Under the pieces are notes generated by a model. The model had not been told where the DNA came from. It ran no database searches and saw only the letters and a program-made list of their open reading frames with translations. Shown here one piece after another: positions 26,437-39,545 of a stretch of 64,000 bases of DNA; the first letter of the stretch is position 1; every line of letters starts with the position of its first letter. Position numbers and translations under genes: made by a program. The stretch comes from Octopus sinensis (lineage: Eukaryota): assembly GCF_006345805.1 (NCBI RefSeq), contig NC_042997.1, forward strand, positions 27,776,001 to 27,840,000, read 5' to 3'.

Positions 26437-26616
26437 ATATCTATCTATCTATCTATCTATCTGTCTATCTATCTATCTACCTACATTTCTTGTGCATGTC
26501 CTCACGTTTTTATTCCGCTTTTCTTTATTCGGTTGTTTAGACTGTCTATTTCAAGTGACTGCACATACACACACACACAAATATATACGGACACACTCAT
26601 AAATACACACACACAC

Positions 26617-26647
<31 letters not shown>

Positions 26648-26732
26648 GAGAGAGAGATGCATACTCATATATATGTACACACAGGTATATTCACACATAC
26701 GCGCGCACACACACGCATGCACACGTAAATCA

Positions 26733-26811
<79 letters not shown>

Positions 26812-27134
26812 CCTACATGCACATAGATAGCCCCATAATTTTACTGTAGCAGGCTTACGTTCATACGTACGTATCTATACTTTTGCATGTATACATCCAT
26901 AAAACCATACCTACATGTACACGTCTTCGAGTACAGTTTCGTGTGCATATGTATACACACATACACGCCAACACATGCCCACACATCCATCAACCTCACT
27001 GTGTACATATATAAATATGTGTATTCTTTTTGCCTCATTAGCTATCCATGCGATAACGTTTTTGCTAATATATGTACATATGCGTGTGATTGTGTGTGTG
27101 TGTTTGTGTGCGTGTGCGCGCTTTAGTTTTTTCT

Positions 27135-27305
27135 AACACTATTTGACAACCGGTGTTGGATTGTTTACAGTCCGTAACTTTACAGCTCAACAGACATAAC
27201 CGATAGGACAAACTGACGTAAAAATAAGCACTGTTGCCAATTTGCTCGACTAAAACTTCCTAGACGCTGCCCCAACATCACCGGATTTCAATGAAAAGTA
27301 AAAAA
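27135..27305 (+). mobile_element. SINE family A, decayed 3' half
   Basis: TTGACAACCGGTGTTGG..TGTTTAC, CCGATAG, TTTGCTCGACTAAA matching the family A tail, following a (TG)n tract. Confidence 0.65.
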
Positions 27306-28365
27306 AAAAATGTATTTATATACTAATTCTATTTTCAACAAGTAAAACTATGCTTTTTCTATATTAAATACTTGGATATCTTCCAGTTTTACAGTGAGTT
27401 AGCGATTTAGGTATAGTCGAGTGAATACTTTGAGTATTATAAATTATCTACATTCAAAGGTGAAAATGCACATTTCAGATATTTAAATAGAGAAGCGGTG
27501 CACTGTACTGCTTTCATTAGTTGCAATAAATTGTATTTCCTTGTGTCATATAAAGACTTCTTTGCGCAAAGAAATATGAAAATGTCCTATTATGATATTC
27601 ATATGAAATGAGTGTCTTTAAGAAAAATGAAATCATTAAAATATTTACGAACCTATGAAGATTTACACCTATATATACATTCTTATAAAATTTTCGTATA
27701 TAGTCACATAGCCATAAACGTACGGGTGAGTGGATCAGGACTCTTTGAGTTCATGCTCAACTTTTGAGTTTTAATGCTATTATACAACTAAAATTGCTTG
27801 AATATAGAATTAAATTTCATTCTCGAAATCATTTCTTTGAGAGATTACGTTTTTACTGCGATCGTAAGCACGATATACATCATAATCGATTGTGTTTTTG
27901 TATAAAATCTTAGAAATATTGAAGAAGAGAAAAGAAGCGTGTTAAGTTTCATTTCTTTCATGACAAAAGACAGAGAAATAATTATAATGAATTGAAACTG
28001 ACAACCGTCAAATATTAACTAAATACTATATATAAAAAAAGATTTTGTTTCAGACAAATATCTTAATAAAATTGTTTTATACTACTTATCATTTTATTTC
28101 TTTTTTAATATTTCCCAGACGTAGTTTACAATATAAACCAGTGTGGATAATATCGAGGAAGATTCAAGGCGGACAAAATATTGAGACAATGCAAATTAAT
28201 CTCAAGAGAAAATTTTTTTTTTCTTTGTTATTATGGAAGATCAAAAGACCACAATTTCGAAGCAGATAGCTCATTTTAAACACTGTGCATATGTATGTAT
28301 GTATGTATGTATCTATCTATCTACCTATCTATATGTCTGTCGTTGTGTTATATGTAAACACACAC

Positions 28366-28422
<57 letters not shown>

Positions 28423-28475
28423 CATACATATATAAACACACACACGCACGAACAATCCTAAATATATACATATAT

Positions 28476-28857
28476 AGGTGCAGGCTTGGCTGTGTGATAA
28501 GAAACTTCCTGGTTCAATAACCCTGCGAGGCAGCTCAGGCTGTCTAAAAACTTGTGGATAGATTTGATAGACGGAAACTGAAAGAAGCTATTATATAAAT
28601 ATATATATACGTATATATGAATGTATGTATAGAAGTGTATGTGTTTTTTTGTCTGTCTCTGTCCTTCACCACTGCATGTCAACCTGTATTGTACTGCTTG
28701 CACCCCGTAACTTAGCATTTCGGCAAAAAGATCGATAGAATAAATACTGTGCTTTAAAAATTCTACTAGGGTAGAATCGTTGGATCAAAATTCTTCATAG
28801 AGGTACCCAGTGTGTCCGCAGTCTGATGACTGAAACAATTCAAAGAATAAAAGAATA
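28476..28857 (+). mobile_element. SINE family A, decayed
   Basis: AGGTGCAGGCTTGGCTGTGTGATAAG head, GATAGACGGAAACTGAAAGAAGC core, TTCGGCAAAAAGATCGATAGAATAA, ATGACTGAAACAA tail. Confidence 0.85.
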
Positions 28858-29561
28858 TACATACATACATAATACATACATATTACATCCATCTATACAT
28901 ACATGCTTAAAGGAGAATCTGGATAAAGTGGGATTTTCAGAAAGATATTGACCTACTGATTCGTACACTACGAGTCTAATCTGTGAGTGGAACAGTAAAA
29001 ATATGCAAGACTTTATTCAAGTTCCAAATGTGAATTTGTCTGTGTTAAGTACATCCCAAAGATGGAGCCTAGTATCTTTGCTGGATACCGGCTCCCTCCT
29101 CAGTGGAAGATTGATAATAATTAAAAATAGAAGAGGCATACATACATAAGTTGCACGCACACATACACACGCGCGCACACACATACACACACACGCACAC
29201 TCAAACACCTATATATACATATAGAAAGATAGACAGACACAATATATATTCTGGTCAATATTCTGAGCTTGGAAGATATAGTCAGTGTTTCAGTAATTGC
29301 CCGTTCTGGCCTTCTTCAGGTGCATTCCAATGAATTCAGATACATCCAGAACTATTCAATAACATGTTCGGTATTTCAAAAGCTCATTTACAAATCCACC
29401 GGGTACATTGCTCTCTGTCTCTGTCTCTCTCCCTCCCCCTCTCTCTTTCTCACTCACTCTTTGTCATTTTACTATCCATATCAGAGATATTCTTCATTTA
29501 GTTATCTACTTACGTCTAAAGTTGCGTGCATGTTCTACCTGAACCAGATAAGGTTTATTGT

Positions 29562-29723
29562 GTTCTACTCCAGGCATAAGGCACGAAATTTTGGGAGAGA
29601 GGGACAGTCGATTAGATCGACCCCAGTACGCAACTGGTACTTAATTTATCGACTGCAAAAGGATGAAAGGCAAAGTCGACCTCGGCGGAATTTGAACTCA
29701 GAAGTTAAAGACAGACGAAATAC
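29562..29723 (-). mobile_element. SINE family C (tail C2), 5' truncated by the adjacent copy
   Basis: GGATGAAAGGCAAAGTCGACCTCGGCGGAATTTGAACTCAG on plus; C2-type end AGGCATAAGGCACGAAATTTTGGG. Confidence 0.88.
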
Positions 29724-29724
29724 A

Positions 29725-29940
29725 TATTTCTTTACTACCCCCAAGGGGCTAAACATAGAGGGGACAAACAAGGACAGACAAACGGATTAAGTCGATTATA
29801 TCGATACCAGTACGTAACTGGTACTTAATTTATCGACCCTGAATGGATGAAAGGCAAAGTCGACCTCGGCGGAATTTGTACTCAGACGAAATACCGCTAA
29901 GCATTTCACCTGGCGTGCTAACGTTTCTGCCAGCTCCCAG
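29725..29940 (-). mobile_element. SINE family C (tail C1)
   Basis: Reverse complement nearly collinear with 61021-61250, including TATTTCTTTA..CC..AAGGGGCTAAACATAGAGGGGACAAACAAGGACAGAC. Confidence 0.92.
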
Positions 29941-31264
29941 CTTGAACCAGATTATGTATATTGTTTAACTGACCCGGAGACTCACCTTGTATGCACTAGC
30001 TATACAGCTGCACTTGACACTTAGTCAACAATTATACTCTATGTATTGACTCGTAAAATGTTATGTCATGAAAATCAGAAGCTCTAAACCTTAATTTTCT
30101 TGAACTTATGTTTAATGTTCTTTCTTAATTAATTATTGGTTTCCATAAGATGCTCATCTACATGCTGGGCCAAATGAGAAGTTTATGTAGGCACAGTGAA
30201 TGTGCCAACTCATTCAGTCAGAGTTGTTCCTTAATGGCTATTTTTGCTTAATTCCACAAGTTTAGCTCACTTCACTTTTCCCTTCAGAAATGATCAACTA
30301 TCCTGATACTTCTGTCACATCACGGATTTTGGTTCTTCTGTATTCCTGTACATTTGCATAATCATAGTTATGTCACGATTGAGTTAGAATGCTAATGCCA
30401 ATGAGCAGCATGGGAGATAGCTGAAGAAAGGAAAATTTCATGAACCGTTTAATGAAAACTCCTCGCATCTGTTGATTCAAAATGTGACACCGTAAGTTCA
30501 TGTTCAGTCATGTTGGCTTCTCTTATTTGTTTATTTTGTATTCACTTTATGTATTTTACACGTTTTTTTCTACTCTCAACCTTTGCCGTTAATGGTTCAT
30601 TGCTTCTCTTTGTGCTGCAAGTTTTCAATTTTGTTTCGTAGCAACGGCTATTGCAATGCCAAGTGAGAACGAACGTTTTTCGCGCAAATGATAATTAAAT
30701 TATTCTTTCTTTAATACATTTTGAGAAATACGTGACTGATTACTGTCTAAAAATAGGCAAAAGTTAGAAAAAAGACTATCAGCTTCAAGAAATACATATC
30801 ACAAAATAATATACACGCCAAAAGGAATTGCGATAATTGAGCTCAGAGGTATGGCTCGGAGTTGTCCCAAAACACAGGTAAGTGGGGCCACGCAGTCATG
30901 AAGTGACAGACAAAAGGAAGAAACCACGCATGAATCCGATTTTATGGCCCTGTGTTGCATATACCAAATTTCATTCAGACGGCCAGGTATTGCAACATGA
31001 ATAAATGTTTTATTTACTTCAGATATATAACTGGTCAAAAGTAGGTGTCATTCAAAAGGCCCGAAATGGCCGAAATACCTATGGCATTTTTACTTGTCAC
31101 TGCAGTAGCACATTACCACTTCTTCAGATAGTTATTGTGTACTTAATACCAAACATTGATAAAAGATGTTATCTCAGGACAAATACAGCAGTAACTGGCC
31201 TATCAACGCAGTGTTTCCTTTAAATATTTAATACTGACTGTCTGTCTGCCTGTCTGTCTGTGTG

Positions 31265-31326
<62 letters not shown>

Positions 31327-31333
31327 TGTATAC

Positions 31334-31378
<45 letters not shown>

Positions 31379-32515
31379 CGCACCCATATATATGTCTATG
31401 TATATATATTACCGGATATTTCTTTACTATTTATAGCAAACCAATTGCCCATCTTCCGTTTTTAAGAAACATGGCAGCAATATCTAACAGGTGTAGCTTC
31501 CATAGAAGCATCTCCTTTATATGCTCATACTAAAGCATATAGATATATAAGACAGAAGTGTATAATTCGAAGTTGTTTAACCCTTTAGGGTTGAAAACGC
31601 TGCTATGCTAATATGGCTATTTCGACTTTTTGGCGTATCAAGATTTGTAGCATTCAATTAAGTGAAATTCCACAGAATTACAATTTTAAAAGTTAGGTAA
31701 CTTTTTTAATTATTGATTTATCCCCAAAATGGCTATGATTTTTGCTAATTGGTATAAAAAATATTTCTGTGTTAAATTTAAAATGAAATAGAATCTATTA
31801 TGTTAAACTTAAAACGTTCTATATGCATACAAACATACATACATTCATGGATGCTTGAAGATTTCATGGATGCTTTGAAGATTTCTTTATCTATAATTTC
31901 TATGAGGGTAGCTTAAAGATTTACGCAGGAAACATTTGCAATACTGGAAAATAGCAGGTGTAATCATATTTCTACTGATATAGATATACAATTTAGCCAA
32001 AACATATGTTCTTATTTAACAATTGGGCCCGGAAAAATTGTCCCTCGAACCCAAAATACTTGCCTCAAGGGTCTCTTAATCAACCCTGTTTCACACAGCG
32101 AGTGCTATGAAGATGTAAGTATTGATGAAAATATATTATACAAAGGTATTTTGAAGAAAGGGTACCCGAAGAAAAATAAATTAGATTTAAAAAGAGATGA
32201 GAGTCAGAGTTTTCCTTCTACATCATGACGATATCGCATAATGTAATTTCAGTAACTGTACAACTAGAGACATCTGGGACACTCTGCTCATCTACAGAGG
32301 AAAGCTGTCCCGTGAAAATAAAAGTACACAAGCTTCAGGCATCATATGCAAGCCTCCATAGAAACAAAGTTATTTAAAAATGCGAAGAACAGGCTTAATA
32401 TCTCGCAATGCCTTTGTGTTCCGTACAGTTTCGATTTCACTCAGACTGCTAAACACTGGCAGCAAAAATAAATACAGCAATCACGTGTTCAAACATTAAG
32501 TGAACAGCGTTCTGC

Positions 32516-32716
32516 GCACAAAGCGAGCAGTTTCGGGGGGAGGGGTAAATCGATTACATCGATTCCATTCCTCAACTGACACTCATTTTATCGACCCCGA
32601 AATGATAAATGGATGAGTCGGCCTCGGTGGAATTTGAACTCAGAATGTAAAGACGAACGAAATACTGCTAAGCATTTTGCCCGGCGTGGTAACGATACTT
32701 CCAGCTCGCCGCTTTA
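32516..32716 (-). mobile_element. SINE family C
   Basis: CCTCGGTGGAATTTGAACTCAGAATGTAAAGACG..GAAATACTGCTAAGCATTTTGCCCGGCG..CCAGCTCGCCGC on plus. Confidence 0.88.
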
Positions 32717-32759
32717 GAGGGCAATAAATTTGACATGAAGACTCGTGCGCATTACATCA

Positions 32760-33400
32760 TGTCGCATATCGAAGGATGCCACTGTGTGATCGAAGAGCAG
32801 GAGATACCCTTGAATTATCTAAAGAAAGAAAACGGGAAAGTGAAGCCCTTGAACTTCTATGGTTCATTCGCAGAAGTCAATTATGTCACAATTCTGTGGG
32901 AGCTATAACAGATGTAATCAAATATGTCATCGAAGGTCTACCTCCAAGTATAAAATGACGTTGCTAGAGCAATATTAAATGTCATTAAGACTGCAATTAT
33001 CCAGGAATAAATTACATAACACCGCTACCATCGAAAACATACATATATACATAAAGGACAATCAAATTTCTGGCAAGTACAAATATAATATACTTATTTG
33101 GGACACGAAAGAGAAATCATATGTAATCATAGAGGTTAGCTGCTGTGCACATATGAATAACCCTTCTATAATAAATGAAAAGGAACACATTTATGGGCAT
33201 CTGCTTCGAAACTTGCGACTCTAAACTGATAATAAAATCGCTTGGCTATGTTAGTAAATGTCTATACAATAATCTTGAAAATCTAGGACTTTCAAACAAG
33301 GAAAAAGAGCAAATAATACGTGGAACAGAAGAAATATGCAAGACTTTCCTGAAATTTAATCTCAAACAAATTTTTCATACAAATGTCAGCGATAGAGCTC
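32760..33400 (+). mobile_element. Decayed RLE non-LTR retrotransposon, zinc-knuckle plus endonuclease region
   Basis: SHIEGCHCVIEEQEIP, QLCHNSV, (H)DVARAILNVI, ILIWDTKEKSYVIIEVSCCAHMN..EKEHIYGHLLRNL, IIKSLGYVSKCL: RLE-domain layout with frameshifts. Confidence 0.8.
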
Positions 33401-35221
33401 CTGCTTCTTTGTTAGAAACCAGCTCCCTTCTTTTTTGTATGAATTCTAATTAATGGAAAGAGAACAAACACACCTATATAAAATAAATACATACGTACAT
33501 ACCTACGCACGCACACACACACACGTACACACACACACACAAATAATAATAGTGTTAATATTGACAAACTCTGAAGCACTCAATGTTATTAAGAGTAGGG
33601 AAATAAAAAGACACCTATAATTTAATATATTCTTTTGTTGTTGTTGTTGTTGCTACCGCTACTGTTTTAGTGCAGTTTCATCGAGTGGCTTGTGAATAAA
33701 GCTGTTTGTTTTTTTCATATACACGTATGTATTACATATAGGCATAACGTACATAGTTTTACTCATAATTACTACACATTAACGTACATATAATTGCTTT
33801 GTGTCGTCTATTGTCATATTCTATTTTTCATTTTCCTTTCATCCGTTTTTATTTTACTATCGTCAGGTCGTTGGCTAGACATGTCACTGTCCTGTTTTTT
33901 TTTCCCTCCAACTTCTTGCATCAGCTGGTTTGCGAATTAGAATATATTAGAATATATACTTGTCATTTGATTTTTCTTCTTTCATTCCACTGTCTCCATT
34001 ATCAGACTTGGTTAAAGCGGTATTTAGCCTGTCATGTCTTCCTCGTCTCCTTCGCTATCACCTCCTCCTCGTCCCTCCGCGCCGCTTAATCACCAAAAAC
34101 AGTCTATTTTTGCTATTTGTATCCATCACACATATGCTTAAATGCAGATGTTCACGTGCATACACACATGAATTTGTGCTTATGTGCGTATGCATGTATG
34201 TATATTTTGCTTTCTTTGTAAGACAGTTACTTTTACTCAGTAATATTTAAAGCTTCATTTCTTTCCTGTTTCTGGTAGATTTATGTACTAATTATTCTTG
34301 AGGTCAATGTCTGCTATACAGTGTAAGGCGAAACAAGAATTAATCAGCTGCTGCTAAGTTATCCCACGAAGTAACTTGTATATATTTCATATTTACTTTA
34401 GGTAGTATTTTTGTGGTTAAATTTTTCTGTTCGTTTTATTGACTTAAACCATAAATCATAGCACTGATTATTGGTTGAATCATTGTGCAATTTCCTTGAT
34501 TAAATATCTCCCTTTGATTAACTAGAATTGCACTGCCAAGTGTTCATGTGCATACACCTATTTTATACATCCTGGTATGTGTGGTAACTCAGAAAGGACA
34601 TACATTTCAGTTGTGAAAGAAACTTGCTATGGCGTATTCGTCATATATATTTAACATCAACTGATACATATCGGGTGGTAGGTGAAGCACTCATGCCTGC
34701 AGAAGTACATTGTCTTCTGTTACTTGATTCCTTTGGTAGAAACATGTTACAAATATCTAGTTTTCAAGATTAGAACACGGGTAGTTAGATGTGTTTCTGT
34801 TCAGAAGTTGAGTTATTGGCCCTAAGTTTTCTAGTAGACACTATGAGAGAAAATCTCTTTCCATTGTATCTTTTTCTTTATAAATTGGCCAGCATACAAT
34901 CGCATATCCAATAGACTGATAAGCTTTGCAACTTTACTTAACTGTTATATAATACTGCCATACACACTGATTACATGAATCATTAAATGTCTGCAGTTCA
35001 TGTATACAAACCGACACGACCACTTACATTACAGATTACTCACAAAACTATATAGGCTTCGATAATTTTCAGGAATAATGAAAATATGGATGGAGAATTT
35101 ATCGTTTTAATCTTACAAACTATCATAGGTTAAACTGCTGCCACAAACATATTACGGTATGTATCATTGGAGATGAAAGGAGATACATCTTCTTATGACG
35201 TATTCGGATTCTTATTCCATC

Positions 35222-35267
35222 TCAGGATTTGTAGCCGGTGCTATTAACCACTACGCCATATGCCCGT
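35222..35267 (-). mobile_element. tRNA-like SINE head fragment (type F)
   Basis: Minus strand ACGGGCATATGGCGTAGTGGTTAATAGCACCGGCTAC, homologous to 59443-59507. Confidence 0.6.
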
Positions 35268-35602
35268 GGGCAAGTATGGAGTGAATTTTTAGGGTTTATA
35301 AATCTAATATTTTCCTATCCTTCCTTAATATCGGTTCCCATATGCTATTCATATCTGCACTCGGTTTGCTTAGGAGGTTGTGTCCTAGAATATGCGCTGC
35401 TTGCTTTAACTTTCGCATTTTCCAGTGGTGTTCTCTATCCATTATTTTAACTTCATCTCACAGTGGGAGATGGTCTCCATTTTTCCATATATGATCAGCT
35501 ATACTCGATTTATCAATATCTTCTCGTGTCACAGCTTTGCGATGTTCCTCTACCCTTATGTGGAGGGGGCGGCATGTTTCACTTTTGTATAACCTACCAC
35601 AG

Positions 35603-35729
<127 letters not shown>

Positions 35730-36284
35730 TGCCCTGATGCAGTACCAGGCAATGGCTCTCATGGCTTTTGATCTTAACTGATTGGAAGTGTTATCATGTA
35801 CATTGTTTTTTCTTGGTATAAAAGATGGGCTACAGCAAATATTCTGCTCAATACCACAGATTTGCTTGTCAGTTGTTTGACCTTAACCAGTTGAGCATGT
35901 CCCTTAGCGGCTGACGATATGTGCATCTCTGATCATGAGCAGAAGTAGTGGGGGAGCATCATAGCCATGTGTTGAGAGGGATTCTTTGGGGTTTGAATAA
36001 TTGACCTCTGGAAACATGGGTGGTTCTTTCAACATCCTTAAACAACCCTTATTCAGGGACCGTTTGAGCGGGATGGGCTACTCAATCTGAAGAAAATTCT
36101 AACTGGGCCCCACCTGCAAGGTCATGTGCTGTTTATCTTAATATGAGATCACCATGTCGCGCACATATGGTTGTGATGCCTGTGCCTGGTGTGCCCTTAT
36201 CAGACGGGTAGTCATGATGGGTATATTGGGCTTCGTATATTTTACCCCAGTGTCACTTTGATGGCATGAACTGCTCTCTCACCC
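35730..36284 (+). mobile_element. Unclassified 555-bp non-coding interspersed element D, flanked by (AAT)n on both sides
   Basis: Second copy inverted at 58866-59420 with the same length and ends, about 22 substitutions and no indels (by eye); no ORF, TIR or tRNA boxes recognised. Confidence 0.9.
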
Positions 36285-36333
<49 letters not shown>

Positions 36334-36370
36334 GTAATAATAATAACATCGAAAAATACCTAAGGAATGA

Positions 36371-36417
<47 letters not shown>

Positions 36418-36449
36418 GTAATAATAATAATAATAATAGTAATAATAAT

Positions 36450-36593
36450 AACATCGAAAAATACCTAAGGAATGAGAATCCAGGTTCGAAATTTCCCCAA
36501 GACACCTGATGAAGGCTGTAGGGTATATTAGCCGAAACGTGTTAACAACAAACAAGACGAGGACAGATACCCATCAAATGTAAGTAATGTAAT
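36450..36593 (+). mobile_element. Module E (Penelope-LTR-like tail with hammerhead motif); first ~30 bp also duplicated at 36345-36373
   Basis: AACATCGAAAAATACCTAAGGAATGAGAATCCAGGTTCGAAATTTCCCCAAGACACCTGATGAAGGCTG..TAGCCGAAACGT..; homologous to 58691-58811 (-) and 60082-60212 (+). Confidence 0.85.
36501..36543 (+). ncRNA. Minimal hammerhead ribozyme motif, damaged at the cleavage site
   Basis: GACAC-CTGATGA-A-GGCTG(TAGGGTATAT)TAGCC-GAAA-CG-T-GTT; stem II intact, palindromic ACGT stem III, about 3 nt missing at NUH/stem I relative to the other copies. Confidence 0.65.
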
Positions 36594-37237
36594 TGGAATT
36601 AATCTTTTCGCCGTCTCAGCAAATATGTCATTTTCAACGGCAGGCTTACAGAAGGCAAAAAAACAAAACAATAAAAAAGGTTTCATAACGCCATCATATC
36701 CCAATTGCATTGAAAAACGCTTCTTTGATATGACAACGTATAATTAATTTTACGAAAAGAATATCCCCTTCAGAGAATTTTTTGTTTAGAAATTATATCT
36801 GATTTTGCCACTCTCCAAAAAATCTTTTTCTAACGACTTCACAAATTCCAATCCACACTCACATCTTTTATTCACCCCGTCCTCATTTCCTCTTCATACC
36901 CGTCCTCTTCTCCTCTTTGTTGTTATTTGCTTAACCAGTTTATTGAATTTTGTACATTTTCCTACGAAAGCAATTGCTAATTCTGCTACACAAACCTATC
37001 TGTATTTAATACACTAAATCAGCCCTTACTATTGATATTCACGCATGAAAAAGAATATAAACAAAACAGGTAGGGAGGTAGGTGATCTGAAGACAGTAAC
37101 TACTGCCATATTTAGAACGTATTATTTGTAAATAAATAGATATGCATGTATGCATGCTTAAATGCATACATAGATACATGCATACATACATGCATACATA
37201 TATACAAACATGTATACATACATGCATACATACATAC

Positions 37238-37669
37238 AGGCGCAGGAGTGGCTGTGAGGTAAGTAGCATGCTTACCAACCACATGGTTCCGGGTTCAGTC
37301 CCACTGCGTGGCACCTTGGGCAAGTGTCTTCTGCTATAACCTCGGGCCGACCAATGCCTTGTGAGTGGATTTGGTAGACGGAAACTGAAAGAAGCCTGTC
37401 GTATATATGTGTATATATATATATGTATGTATGTGTGTGTATATGTTTGTCTGTCTGTGTTTGTCTCTCTAGCATTGCTTGACAACCGATGCTGGTGTGG
37501 TTATGTCCCCGTCACCTAGCGGTTTGGCAAAAGAGACCGATAGAATAAGTGCTGGGCTTACAAAGAATAAGTCCCGGAGTCGATTTGCTCGACTAAAGGC
37601 GGTGCTCCAGCATGGCCGCAGTCAAATGACTGAAACAAGTAAAAGTAAAAGTAAAGTAAACGTAAAGTA
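37238..37669 (+). mobile_element. SINE family A, full length (best copy)
   Basis: AGGCGCAGGAGTGGCTGTGAGGTAAG (A-box-like) ... GGTTCAGTCCC (B-box-like), CCTTGGGCAAGTGTCTT central motif, internal (TA)/(TG) tract, tail ending in (GTAAAA)n. Confidence 0.95.
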
Positions 37670-37695
37670 ATACATACATAATTTACATATGAATG

Positions 37696-38220
37696 TCATA
37701 ACTTGACCCTAAGAAGGCCTTGGAGAAAGTTGATCACGAATGTATGTCACCAACTTCGTGACTTTCGTATAATGAGATAATTAGGGAAGTGGCTGCATGA
37801 CGTTTTATGAGTTCAGTGTCAAATAGCTTCCGCCAACTGTGCTCTCTCTAGTGTGGCATCACTTTTAAGAGAAGTTTCTCGGTGCACTTGGGCCTCTAGT
37901 GTTTGTGCTGACTCTTAGACATAGCCCAGGTTTTATAATCTTCCACTCTCATCAGTTAAACGGGCAAGACAAAAGTATCACAAATATTCAAGGACCCTGA
38001 CGACACCACATGTGTACTAAATACATTCAGTGAGATGAAAAATACAATATATATTTCAATGCTGAAAAAATTCAAGCGCACCACTGTCAGCTTATAAACA
38101 TATTGCATATTAGACTGCACAGAACCTGGTGGCAATGCAATCCCTGAGTAACAGTGTGAATATTACTAAGTGCAGACTGGCAATGTACTTCCTGGGAGCT
38201 CAATGCCGGTACGAAAAGTT
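37696..38220 (+). mobile_element. Decayed CR1/L2-like RT fragment
   Basis: LDPKKALEKVDHEC (cf. LDFAKAFDKVDH), TKVSQIFKDPDD, FNAEKIQA (cf. FNAGKFQAL). Confidence 0.7.
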
Positions 38221-38259
38221 TTGTTCTCTTCGTTTTTAAGTTAGGTTTATATATTTATT

Positions 38260-39545
38260 GTTGCAGCTGTTCTGTAGCAAGTATTGTCTGAGTTATATTA
38301 CTCGACATTTGAAGCATGTCTGCTCTAAGCTGAGGTATCTACCTTTTTCATCTCTTCTTACGTAGAACCTGTCTATATCACTATTGCTGTGGAACTTTAC
38401 ATTTGGTGTCAAGGTCTTGACGATTTTAATGTCAAAAGTCTGGATGTCATCTACAGATCAGTCAATTATCCTAAACTTATTTCAAGAGGAGAGCTTCAAC
38501 TGCCATGTTTTTATAACTCTGGCATAATATTCTTGAGTCACAGAATCTCTGATTAAATCCCATTCATATGACATATTTTCGTCGATGCCTACCTATCTAT
38601 AGCATTCCTAATGTGGACCAGTAGTGATAACGAGATCGTTGATGGACAGCTTTGGGGTTTTGGTGGGGTTGATTTTCCACGTTTAACAAACAAATACGAA
38701 CATTTTTTTTTGAAAAATTCCATTAGTATGTCATCCTTATGCATTGTTATTAATTGCAGATGTGTTTTGGAATTGTGAACAATTATAGCATAGATCTTCA
38801 GCTCATCCACATAAAGAAAATATGTTATATTCTTATCTCTAGTAGTTGTAGACCCAGACATCTTTTAAAAACCGTGATAACAGATTTAATGCCAAAATAA
38901 ACAGAACTACGGAAAAACTATGTCTTTGGAATATTCCCTTTGAAATAATTATGAGAGCGGATGCGGTTATTCAGGTCTCAAGTGTATGTGCGAGGACTGT
39001 TGTCCGAGATCTTTGTGAGTCCTCTCAATGATAGCGAATAACATAGAAGTTATGTTTGTCAAAATATTCAGTAGCCGTGAATGGGACATAACATGGAGTG
39101 ATTTTTCAATAACGAAAGCACACTTTCTCTAGGTGTCTACCAGGTCTCCTTACTTTGGACAGCTCAGCTTCGTTTCTCAAATATTCTTCGGCATATATTT
39201 TCTCTTCCTTTCTTTCTACCTGAAAGCTCATCAGTAGCTTTGTTGCGAGACTGACAATGATCCTGGACGAATTGTTTGAAATAATTTGTGTAAAGCTCGT
39301 ATACCGTTTAAGCAAGTAATAGGCCTATATTTTACGGTCAACTAGGAAGTTTCAGTCTTAGCTACAAGCCAATTTGGTATGCCAATTCGACTTTTCATTT
39401 TTCTTTTGAATGAACATATTAATGGCTTTCTCAAGAAGGTCAGTTTCTTTTTGTATCCAAGTCGTCGGTGTAATTGTCCAGGAAATCGTTTAAAACGGCA
39501 TTCTTAAACTGTCGTCTGGGCCTGCCCGTCTGATGTTGATGGCAC
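38260..39545 (-). mobile_element. Decayed R4/Dong-like RT region
   Basis: Minus strand KYRPITCLN, KGIFQRHSFSVVLFILALN (cf. GIFQGDSLS.LLF..ALN), ITYFLYVDELKIYA (YxDD region), GIDENMSY, FHSNSDIDRFYV. Confidence 0.85.

Noticed and set aside
31570-31590. TTAACCCTTTAG, a piggyBac-like terminus
   Set aside because: No matching opposite end found.
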